Positions 52,856-61,301 of a stretch of 64,000 nt of DNA are shown here, piece after piece; the stretch's first letter is position 1; the number at the start of each line of letters is the position of its first letter. Under the pieces are notes generated by a model. That model was not told the origin of the DNA. It saw only the letters and a program-made list of their open reading frames with translations, and searched no databases. This stretch comes from an uncultured Pelagibacteraceae bacterium (lineage in GTDB: Bacteria; Pseudomonadota; Alphaproteobacteria; Pelagibacterales; Pelagibacteraceae): contig CABYYA010000004.1 in assembly GCA_902523125.1 (NCBI GenBank), positions 3,421 through 67,420 on the forward strand, given 5' to 3'. The translations under genes and the position numbers were made by a program.

Positions 52856-55539
52856 AAAAAAAAGATCTTTACTATGAGAGAATTCCAACAAAACTTCAAA
52901 GAGAAGATGTTAAATATTTGGGAAGCATGCTTGGAAAGGTTATATCTACTCAAGAAGGTCAGAAATTTTTTAATTTAGTAGAAAAAATCAGAAAATTATC
53001 AAAGGCAAATAAAATAAATCCAAATCAAAAAAAATTAAATATTAAAGTCATAAATGCTATAAAAAAAATCAATCCTCAGAATACTTTCAAATTAACAAGA
53101 GCATTTTCGCATTTTATGAATCTAATTAATTTAGCAGAATTAGTGGATGCTTCTAGAGTTTTAAATGATTATGAAAATAATAAAAAAAAACTACATAAGC
53201 AAAGTATATTTATTGAGGAAATTTTCGAAGATCTATTCAAAAAAAAAAATATTTCGAAGAACACAATATATAATTTAGCAAAAAGCTTAAATATAGGTAT
53301 TGTTTTAACCGCTCATCCTACGGAGGTAAAAAGAAGAACTTCAATTCAAAAATATCATAAAATAATTGAGATACTCGAGCAAAGGGAATTATTAAAAAAT
53401 TTTCCATCAAAATTAAAAATACTTGATAAAGAACTTTTTGATGAATTGACAATTATTTGGAATACAGATGATTTAAAAAGAGTAAGACCATCACCCTTTG
53501 ATGAAGCTAGGTGGGGACTTGCTATAATTGAAGATAGTTTGTGGGATACAGTTCCAAAAGTGTATAGAAAATTAAATTCTATATTTGTAAAAAATATGGG
53601 TAAAAGTTTACCTAAAAATTTTAATCCTATAGTGTTTGGTTCATGGATGGGGGGTGATCGAGATGGCAATCCAAATGTAACTGCTGATGTTACAAGGAAA
53701 GTAATTTTATTATCCAGATGGGAAGCTGCAAAACTTTACGAGAAAGCCCTTACTAAAATAATAAGGTCTTATTCTATGAAAAAATGCTCAAAAAAAATCC
53801 AAAAAAAAGTTGGAAAATCATTTGAGCCTTATAGAGTTTTTTTAAGACCTTTAAGAGATAAAATTCGATTAACTCATAGATCTATCGAACAACATTTAGT
53901 TAATAAAAAACCTTTAAATCGCAAAAAATTAATAAGTTCTCGTGAAGAAATATTAAAACCCTTAAGAGTAGTAAGAGAGTCTCTTGAGCAAAACCAAAAT
54001 GAAAATATAGCTAGTGGAGAATTATTAGATTTAATGAGAAGAGCTAAGTGTTTTGGCATTAATCTAGCAAGACTAGATATCAGGCAAGAGTCTTCTAGAC
54101 ACAGTCAATTGATAAACGAATTTGTACAAAGAAAATATAATAAAAGTTATTTAAAATTTAGTGAAGATAAAAAGATAGAATTTCTAAAAAATCAAATACT
54201 TGAAAAAAAAAGTCAAATTAACGATTTGCAAATAAGAAATAAAGAGAATAAAGAAGTTTGGTCTACTTTTAAGACTCTTGCTAGTGAGCCGAGTGAAAGT
54301 TTAGGAGCCTATGTTATATCAATGACAACCTCAGCCTCTGATATATTATCTGTAGTATTTTTACAGAAGGAGGCAAAAATCAAAGATAAATTAAGAGTTG
54401 TTCCTTTATTTGAAACTTTGGATGATCTTATTAATTCGAAATCAATAATGCAGACTTTATTTTCACAAAAATGGTATAGAAAAGTAATTGATAATAAACA
54501 AGAGGTGATGATTGGGTATTCTGACTCTAGTAAGGACGCTGGAAAAATATGTGCGAGCTGGCATCAGTATAAGGCTCAAGAGGAAATAGTAAGCTTAGCG
54601 AAGAAATTTAAAATAGAGGTAATTTTTTTTCATGGGCGAGGGGGATCTGCAGGAAGAGGTGGTGGACCAATTCAAGCAACTCTTAGATCTTTACCTCCAA
54701 AATCTGTTAATGGTAAAATTAGAATTACTGATCAAGGTGAAGTTATTCAGCAGAAATATGGCTATGAGCCCCTAGCTAATTATAATTTGTGTAGTTATAT
54801 AGGTGCTGTAACTGAAGCTACTTTAAATCCACCACCGTCCCCAAAAAATAATTGGAGAAACCTTATCGAAAAAATGTCAGATATATCTAAAAGTTCTTAT
54901 AGAAAAAACATCAATCAAAGTTCCGAGTTTATAAAATACTTTGAAACAGTCACTCCTCACAAGTCGCTTGGAAAACTTTCAATAGGCTCGAGACCATCAA
55001 AAAGAAAAAATATTGATAATATAAAAAGTCTAAGAGCAATACCCTGGGTTTTTGCCTGGACACAAATTAGACTTATGCTTCCAGCATGGCTCGGAAGTGC
55101 TGAGGCTCTTAGATATTCATATATTAATAAATTTAGAGGAACTTTATTAGACATGGAAAAAAATTGGCCATTTTTCAATTCAATGCTTGATACTTTAGAT
55201 ATGGTAATTGCAAAAGCTGATCCTGAAATATCGAAAATTTACGAGGGATATTTAGCGGATGATAGTTTAAAGAGAGTTGGAAAGAAACTCAGATTCCAAT
55301 TTGATGTTATTAAAAAATTGAATAAGAAAATTACACCTAAAGAGATTGCTGCTATTAGAAAACAATTTAGATCTCCAATTATCGCTAGAAGTATATACTC
55401 TGAGGTATTAAATATTATTCAACCTACCGTGATTAAAAAACTTCAAGTCAATAAAAATCCGAAAAATAAACAATATTTAAACGATGCTTTACTAACTTCC
55501 ATAGCTGGTATTTCGGCTGCAATGAAAAACACTGGTTGA
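52852..55539 (+). CDS. ppc: Phosphoenolpyruvate carboxylase
   Basis: VLTAHPTE, SWMGGDRDGNP, GYSDSSKDAG, FHGRGG, LRAIPW and MKNTG motifs. Confidence 0.98.
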   Translation: MKKKDLYYERIPTKLQREDVKYLGSMLGKVISTQEGQKFFNLVEKIRKLSKANKINPNQKKLNIKVINAIKKINPQNTFKLTRAFSHFMNLINLAELVDASRVLNDYENNKKKLHKQSIFIEEIFEDLFKKKNISKNTIYNLAKSLNIGIVLTAHPTEVKRRTSIQKYHKIIEILEQRELLKNFPSKLKILDKELFDELTIIWNTDDLKRVRPSPFDEARWGLAIIEDSLWDTVPKVYRKLNSIFVKNMGKSLPKNFNPIVFGSWMGGDRDGNPNVTADVTRKVILLSRWEAAKLYEKALTKIIRSYSMKKCSKKIQKKVGKSFEPYRVFLRPLRDKIRLTHRSIEQHLVNKKPLNRKKLISSREEILKPLRVVRESLEQNQNENIASGELLDLMRRAKCFGINLARLDIRQESSRHSQLINEFVQRKYNKSYLKFSEDKKIEFLKNQILEKKSQINDLQIRNKENKEVWSTFKTLASEPSESLGAYVISMTTSASDILSVVFLQKEAKIKDKLRVVPLFETLDDLINSKSIMQTLFSQKWYRKVIDNKQEVMIGYSDSSKDAGKICASWHQYKAQEEIVSLAKKFKIEVIFFHGRGGSAGRGGGPIQATLRSLPPKSVNGKIRITDQGEVIQQKYGYEPLANYNLCSYIGAVTEATLNPPPSPKNNWRNLIEKMSDISKSSYRKNINQSSEFIKYFETVTPHKSLGKLSIGSRPSKRKNIDNIKSLRAIPWVFAWTQIRLMLPAWLGSAEALRYSYINKFRGTLLDMEKNWPFFNSMLDTLDMVIAKADPEISKIYEGYLADDSLKRVGKKLRFQFDVIKKLNKKITPKEIAAIRKQFRSPIIARSIYSEVLNIIQPTVIKKLQVNKNPKNKQYLNDALLTSIAGISAAMKNTG

Positions 55540-55547
55540 TAATTTTT

Positions 55548-56828
55548 TTAGATAGCCCTAATTGTTGGCAGACAATAAAAATCAGCTGTATCTATCTTAG
55601 AAGAATACTGTCTTCTCATATTCCATTTTTTATGAACACCTGCACTTGCAAGACTTAGTGTAGATCTTCCATACCTATAGTTGGTATTGTCAATTGATTG
55701 CATTAGACTTTTTATCTTTTCATCTTTTTCTGATGAAAATAAATTTTTTCTTCCATCGTCATTACGCAATCCTGTAAGCATGACACCCGCTTTTTGATAT
55801 CGATACCCATTTTTGAAAATACTTTCTAAAATTGAGACTGCAGTTTTAACAGTTTCAATACTATTATTTGTTGCAATTGGAAAATCAATTGTCTTTGCAT
55901 TTGAATAATAACCATAGTCTCTTTGAAAGGGACTAGTTCTGACAAAAACTGTAATTGCTTTTGCAACTAAAGACTCTGATCTGATTTTCTCAGATGCGTT
56001 CAAACAATAATTTGCAACTGCCTCTTTTAACTCTTGGAACTTTTCAATTCTTTTTCCAAATGATCTTGAAACTACACAACTCTTTCTTTTTGTTTGTGTC
56101 GTTTCTAAATCAATACACGGTACTCCTCTAAGTTCCATTGCAGTCCTAGAACTTAAAACATTAGAACATTTTTTTATCCAAGTGTTAGATTTGTTCTTAA
56201 GCTGTTTTGCATTATAAATTCCATTCTTTTGATAAAACTTTGTAAGCTGTCTACCAACGCCCCATACATCATTAATTTCAACTTTTTCTAAGATAGGATC
56301 TAAATTCTCAATGCTAATTAAACTTGTTACTCCTGATTGTTTTTTCTTTGCAATATGATTTGCAACTTTACTCAAAGTTTTAGTTTTAGCGATACCAATA
56401 CTAGTTGGAATACCAGTCCACTGTAAAACTGTTTCTCTAATTTCTCTCCCAACTTTTTCAATATCAGAGTCTGGAAAGTTAGATAAATCTATAAATGCCT
56501 CATCAATTGAGTAAACTTCTATTTCAGTATTAAATCTTTTAAGCGTTCTCATTACTCTTCTAGATAAATCTCCGTATAAAGAATAATTTGATGAAAAAAC
56601 TTCAACTTTATTTTTAACAATAATATCTTTTGCTTTAAAATAAGGTTCACCCATTTTAATTCCTAAAGCTTTTGCTTCATTGGATCTAGAAATTATACAA
56701 CCATCATTATTAGATAAAACAACCACAGGTTTTTTTCTTATTCTTGGATTGAATAATCTTTCACATGAAACATAGAAAGAATTACAGTCAACTAAAGCTA
56801 ATTTTTTAGTACGTAGAATGGATGACAT
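55548..56828 (-). CDS. umuC: Y-family DNA polymerase V subunit UmuC
   Basis: DCNSFYVSCE, VLSNNDGC, YSIDE and KAGVML motifs. Confidence 0.95.
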   Translation of the reverse strand: MSSILRTKKLALVDCNSFYVSCERLFNPRIRKKPVVVLSNNDGCIISRSNEAKALGIKMGEPYFKAKDIIVKNKVEVFSSNYSLYGDLSRRVMRTLKRFNTEIEVYSIDEAFIDLSNFPDSDIEKVGREIRETVLQWTGIPTSIGIAKTKTLSKVANHIAKKKQSGVTSLISIENLDPILEKVEINDVWGVGRQLTKFYQKNGIYNAKQLKNKSNTWIKKCSNVLSSRTAMELRGVPCIDLETTQTKRKSCVVSRSFGKRIEKFQELKEAVANYCLNASEKIRSESLVAKAITVFVRTSPFQRDYGYYSNAKTIDFPIATNNSIETVKTAVSILESIFKNGYRYQKAGVMLTGLRNDDGRKNLFSSEKDEKIKSLMQSIDNTNYRYGRSTLSLASAGVHKKWNMRRQYSSKIDTADFYCLPTIRAI

Positions 56829-57202
56829 AAGTCACAACCCCCCAAATAAAAACATCTTCTTCTTCGTTAATTAAAATTCTATTAGAAAAATCTTTAGAAC
56901 CAGATGATAGAAATTTTTTATCTCTTTCTTGAACTAAAGTTTTAACCACAAGCTCATCATGAACATTTGCAATAACCGTTGAAAAGTTTTTTGGCTTTAA
57001 ACTTTTATCAACAACCAATAAATCTCCATCGTTAATTCCAACATCCACCATGGATTTTCCCTGAACTCTGATAATAAAAGTAGCTGGAACATTTTTTGAT
57101 TAAATGCATGTTCAGATCGATGTCTTCTTCGATATAATCAGTGGCAGGTGATGGGAAACCAGCACCAGCTTTATGTAGATAATAAGGAATAGTTAGTTTC
57201 AT
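56806..57202 (-). pseudogene. umuD: UmuD (S24 peptidase), interrupted by a one-base insertion (real or sequencing error)
   Basis: The N-part has AGFPSPA and the C-part has SM...INDGDLLVVD and VK. Removing one A from the run at 57092-57097 restores IKNVPATFIIRVQGKSM. Confidence 0.85.
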
Positions 57203-57217
57203 GTTCTTGTTTTGTTC
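57203..57217. promoter_or_regulatory. Alphaproteobacterial LexA (SOS) box for umuDC
   Basis: GTTC-TTGTTTT-GTTC (GTTC-N7-GTTC) abutting the umuD ATG; TTGACT-N17-TACAAA promoter just upstream on the minus strand. Confidence 0.85.
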
Positions 57218-57324
57218 TTGTTTGTAGCCCACTTATACAATGTAGTCAATAGGTTGTATTTTGAGTCCGTAATTGAATCAAAAGTGAATCAAAACGTGAA
57301 CATCAAAACTATATTTTGTATGCT

Positions 57325-57333
57325 TGTGGATAA
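57325..57333. promoter_or_regulatory. Consensus DnaA box
   Basis: TGTGGATAA, the reverse complement of TTATCCACA, located in intergenic DNA. Confidence 0.45.
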
Positions 57334-57362
57334 CTTCAACCAAGGATAGTTTAAATTATCAA

Positions 57363-57725
57363 ATGAAAAAATTAATTTGTCATTGTGGAGCTGTCGAAGC
57401 AGAAATTAATTTAGATGGAGATTTAGCTAAAGTAATAAAATGTAACTGTTCTATTTGTAAAAGAAAAGGAGCAATCATGTCGATGGTAAAAAATGAAGAT
57501 TTTAAAATTACCAAAGGAGAGGACAAATTAAAACTTTATCAATTTCATTCAAAAATTGCCAAACATTACTTTTGTTCTGATTGTGGGATTTATACTCATC
57601 ACAATCCAAGGATTAACCCAGCAATGACTGGATTTAATGTTGGATGTATTGATGAAATAAATACTTTTGATATAAAAGAAGTTCCTGTAAACGATGGTCA
57701 AAATCATCCATTAGATAAAAAGTAA
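57363..57725 (+). CDS. GFA / CENP-V family zinc protein
   Basis: CHCGAV, CNCSIC and HYFCSDCGI motifs; start moved to ATG 57363. Confidence 0.9.
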   Translation: MKKLICHCGAVEAEINLDGDLAKVIKCNCSICKRKGAIMSMVKNEDFKITKGEDKLKLYQFHSKIAKHYFCSDCGIYTHHNPRINPAMTGFNVGCIDEINTFDIKEVPVNDGQNHPLDKK

Positions 57726-57730
57726 TTTTC

Positions 57731-58653
57731 ATGCAACAATTTAGTTTATGTTTCAGTAAGGTAAAAAAAGACTGTTTAAAGTTCATTAAATCTCAAGAGA
57801 CAAAAGTCGATAAATTTAAAAATAAAGAAAGAATGATTAAATCTTTCTTAATTCCATTGTGTTTTTGGATTAATAAAAAAGCTGATAAAAAAAGACCATA
57901 TTTTGTAGGTTTAGCAGGAGGCCAGGGAACAGGTAAAACTACAATTAGTTCTTTAATCAGAATTATTTTAACTAAATACTTTAAATTAAATGTTTTTAGG
58001 ATTTCAATAGATGATTTTTATAAAACAAGAAAAGAGCGAATAAACTTATCAAAAAGAGTTCATCCCATACTTTTAACTAGAGGAGTTCCTGGAACACATG
58101 ATATAAATATGATGTTAAATTTCTTCAGAAAGTCAAAAAGTAAGAAATTTAAAAGGTTAAAATTACCAACATTCAATAAAGCTATCGATGACAGGTATAA
58201 CAAAAAAAATGGTATGATTTGAAAAAAAGACCAGATGTAATCATTTTTGAGGGGTGGTGTGTTGGTGCAAAATCTGAGAAAAATACCACTTTAAATAAAG
58301 CAATAAATTCGTTGGAGAGAGCAAAAGATCAAAAAAAAATTTGGAGAAAACATGTAAACCATCAACTAAAATCAAAGTACAAAAACTTATACTCACAATT
58401 AAATTGTTTAATTTACCTTAAGGCAAAAAATTTTAGTTTATTACAGAAATGGAGATTAAAACAAGAGAGGAAACTTTGGGTGAAAAGTAAAGCGAAATTA
58501 AAAATAATGAGCAGAGGGGATGTATTAAATTTTATGCAAACTTATCAAAGAATAACCCAAAATATGTTTAGAAATATGCCTAAGTATGCGTCAGTAATAT
58601 TTAATTTAAATAGTAACCATCAAATTAATTCTGCTGTATATAAAAAGAAATGA
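57731..58653 (+). pseudogene. P-loop kinase (GLYK-type glycerate kinase / uridine kinase-like), split by a one-base deletion (real or sequencing error)
   Basis: GGQGTGKTT, SIDDFY and RGVPGTHD lie in the first ORF, and DVIIFEGWCVG in the second. Adding one A to the A8 run at 58202-58209 fuses them (DRYNKKKWYDLKKRPDV). Confidence 0.8.
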
Positions 58654-59945
58654 TTAGGATTATAATTATAATTATAAGCTTTGTGTTTTTAATTAGCAAT
58701 GCTAACGCTGAAACTTTTTCTGCAGCATTAAAAAAAGCTTATAATGACAACAATGAGTTAAACGCTGAAAGAGAAAGCTTAAAAATTTCTGAGCAAGAAC
58801 TGAAAATTTCGATGAGTTCATATTTGCCAACAGCAACCTTAAGTGGAAGTAAAAGCTCAGAGAACACCAATAAGCTAACCAATCAGAACGGAACAGATGC
58901 AACAATTTCAGATGTAGACCCAACTGTTCAATCATTAACAATTACCCAAACATTAATAGATTTTGGGAGAGGTGCTGAGTTAAGTAAAAGTAAAATTGGT
59001 ATTGAATTAGCTAAAGCAAAGCTTTTAAAAAAAGAGCAAGAAATTTTATATAAATCAATTGAAGCTTATACTGGGTTAATTTCAGCTAACGAAAAACTGA
59101 AGATTAATAGATCCAATGTTAATCTGTTAGATCGACAGGTCGAAACAGATAGAATTAGACTTGAGCGAGGAAATATATCCTTATCAGATGTTGCTCAATC
59201 TGAGTCTTCTTTAGCTGGAGCACAAGCAAAATTGATTCAAGCTGAAAACGATTTTTTAACCAGTAAGCTAAATTATGAAAATGTGATTGGTACTATTAAT
59301 GATACAGAGGTACTAGATAAATCATCTATCGTAATAAATAATTTGCCGAATGAACTAAATTCAGCAATAGAGATATCAAAAAATGGTAATCCAGACTTAA
59401 TTATAGCTCAACTTGAGTATGAACAATCAAAAAAAGATACAACTAGCGCAAGATCTGATTTAGCTCCAATGGCGACCTTATCTTTTGATAGATCAAAAAC
59501 AGATGATCTAAGTTCTACCTATGACGAAAAAGAAAAAGACACTTTAAAAGCAACTGTCACATGGCCATTTTTCTCAGGCGGTAAGAATTACGCAAATTTG
59601 AATAAAAATAAAAGTTTGGAGACACAAAAAAATCTTCTTTTAAATAATATGATCAAAAAAAATCAAACAAATGTTGCTAGTGCCTGGTCAAATTATCAAT
59701 CAAATAAAAGTCTACTTAATTCAGTAAGAGCTCAGGTAAATGCTGCAGAAATTGCAAACGAGGGAATTGTAGCTGAATATAATAGTGGCTCAGACAGAAC
59801 TACTTTAGAGGTTATTCAATCTAATTCTTTATTATTGAATGCTCAGATTTCGTTAGCAGACTCTGAGAGAAACTATATTCTTTCGCAGTTTAATCTTTTA
59901 AAATCTATCGGGTTGCTCAATAGCGGGTATCTTAAATTAAGATAA
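58650..59945 (+). CDS. tolC: TolC family outer membrane protein
   Basis: Signal peptide; duplicated outer-membrane efflux protein repeats (YLP/LAP, RTTLEV). Confidence 0.88.
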   Translation: MIRIIIIIISFVFLISNANAETFSAALKKAYNDNNELNAERESLKISEQELKISMSSYLPTATLSGSKSSENTNKLTNQNGTDATISDVDPTVQSLTITQTLIDFGRGAELSKSKIGIELAKAKLLKKEQEILYKSIEAYTGLISANEKLKINRSNVNLLDRQVETDRIRLERGNISLSDVAQSESSLAGAQAKLIQAENDFLTSKLNYENVIGTINDTEVLDKSSIVINNLPNELNSAIEISKNGNPDLIIAQLEYEQSKKDTTSARSDLAPMATLSFDRSKTDDLSSTYDEKEKDTLKATVTWPFFSGGKNYANLNKNKSLETQKNLLLNNMIKKNQTNVASAWSNYQSNKSLLNSVRAQVNAAEIANEGIVAEYNSGSDRTTLEVIQSNSLLLNAQISLADSERNYILSQFNLLKSIGLLNSGYLKLR

Positions 59946-59988
59946 TATTTAGGCTTTTTAGGTTCAAATAAATAAGTCTTGCCAATGA

Positions 59989-60003
59989 GAACAAAATGTG
60001 TAC
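59989..60003 (+). promoter_or_regulatory. LexA (SOS) box of recA
   Basis: GAAC-AAAATGT-GTAC (GAAC-N7-GTAC), overlapping the spacer and -10 of TTGCCA-N16-TACATT. Confidence 0.85.
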
Positions 60004-60053
60004 ATTTATAAAGGTGATTCGAGTGACAAAAATATTAAAAAAAGAGGCAAAAA

Positions 60054-61202
60054 ATGACTAAAAATAACTTAAAAGTAGTTAAATCTACTAAAGACAAAGA
60101 TTTGGATAATAAAGAGAAAAATAAAGCTTTAGACGCAGCAATCAGCCAAATCACAGATAATTTTGGAAAAGGTTCTGTAATGAAGCTTGGTGAAAAAAGA
60201 GCAATGGATATCGAGTCGATATCTACAGGTTCTTTAAGTTTAGATTTAGCTTTAGGAATAGGCGGTTTACCTAAAGGAAGAATTGTTGAAGTTTATGGAC
60301 CAGAGTCTTCTGGAAAAACAACATTAGCATTACAAGTTGTTGCTGAAGCTCAAAAAGCTGGTGGAATTTGTGCATTCGTTGATGCAGAGCATGCTTTAGA
60401 TCCAGTTTATGCAAAAAAATTAGGTGTAAATACTGAGGAACTTTTAATTTCACAACCAGACGCAGGCGAGCAAGCTTTAGAAATAGCTGATACACTAGTA
60501 AAATCAGGCTCTATTTCAGTTATCGTAATTGACTCTGTTGCAGCTTTAACTCCAAGAGCTGAAATTGAAGGTGAGATGGGTGATCATCACGTTGGTCTTC
60601 AATCAAGATTAATGAGTCAGGCTTTAAGAAAATTAACTGGTTCAATTTCAAATACCAACACTATGATGATTTTCATTAACCAAATCAGAATGAAAATAGG
60701 AGTTATGTTTGGAAGTCCTGAAACAACATCAGGTGGAAACGCACTTAAGTTTTATTCATCTGTGAGAATGGACATTAGAAGAATTGGTGCCATCAAAGAT
60801 AAAGATGAAATCATTGGTAACTCTACTAGAGTCAAAGTAGTTAAGAATAAAGTTGCACCACCATTTAAAGTTGTTGAGTTCGATTTAATGTATGGAAGAG
60901 GAATTAGTAAAATGGGTGAGTTAGTAGACCTAGGTTCTAAAGCTGACATTATTGAAAAATCAGGAGCATGGTATGCTTACAAGGGTGAAAAAATTGGGCA
61001 AGGAAGAGAAAACGCTAAAGTTTATTTAGCTCAAAATCCACAAGTTGCTGCAGAAATTGAAATGGCAATTAGAGAAAAAGCAGGTGTGATTTCTAAAAAA
61101 ATTGAGGGAAATCCGTTAAGTCCTGAAAAAATTGAAAAAGAGAAGAAAGTAGCAGAAAAAGAAGAAGCAGAAAAAGAAGCTACTTCTCCTAAAAAGAACT
61201 AG
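60054..61202 (+). CDS. recA: Recombinase A
   Basis: [15 protein letters not shown] and GGNALKFY motifs; SD AGAGG. Confidence 0.99.
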   Translation: MTKNNLKVVKSTKDKDLDNKEKNKALDAAISQITDNFGKGSVMKLGEKRAMDIESISTGSLSLDLALGIGGLPKGRIVEVYGPESSGKTTLALQVVAEAQKAGGICAFVDAEHALDPVYAKKLGVNTEELLISQPDAGEQALEIADTLVKSGSISVIVIDSVAALTPRAEIEGEMGDHHVGLQSRLMSQALRKLTGSISNTNTMMIFINQIRMKIGVMFGSPETTSGGNALKFYSSVRMDIRRIGAIKDKDEIIGNSTRVKVVKNKVAPPFKVVEFDLMYGRGISKMGELVDLGSKADIIEKSGAWYAYKGEKIGQGRENAKVYLAQNPQVAAEIEMAIREKAGVISKKIEGNPLSPEKIEKEKKVAEKEEAEKEATSPKKN

Positions 61203-61226
61203 AATTAAAGGTCATCTTTAAATTAT

Positions 61227-61251
61227 AAAGGCGCTTATTATAAGCGCCTTT
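61227..61251 (+). terminator. Hairpin, probable terminator after recA
   Basis: AAAGGCGCTTA-TTA-TAAGCGCCTTT; only a short U tract. Confidence 0.6.
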
Positions 61252-61301
61252 CCCCCTTATCGTTATCTAGACATAGAACAAAAAAGCTGTATTTTAAAAA
61301 T

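Noticed and set aside
57233-57362. Possible replication origin (DnaA box plus GANTC cluster)
   Set aside because: Only one clear DnaA box, a short region, and no dnaA, hemE or parAB context. Kept only as a regulatory observation.
61270-61295. GAAC...GTAT upstream of alaS as a LexA box
   Set aside because: The spacing and second half-site do not fit GAAC-N7-GAAC/GTAC.
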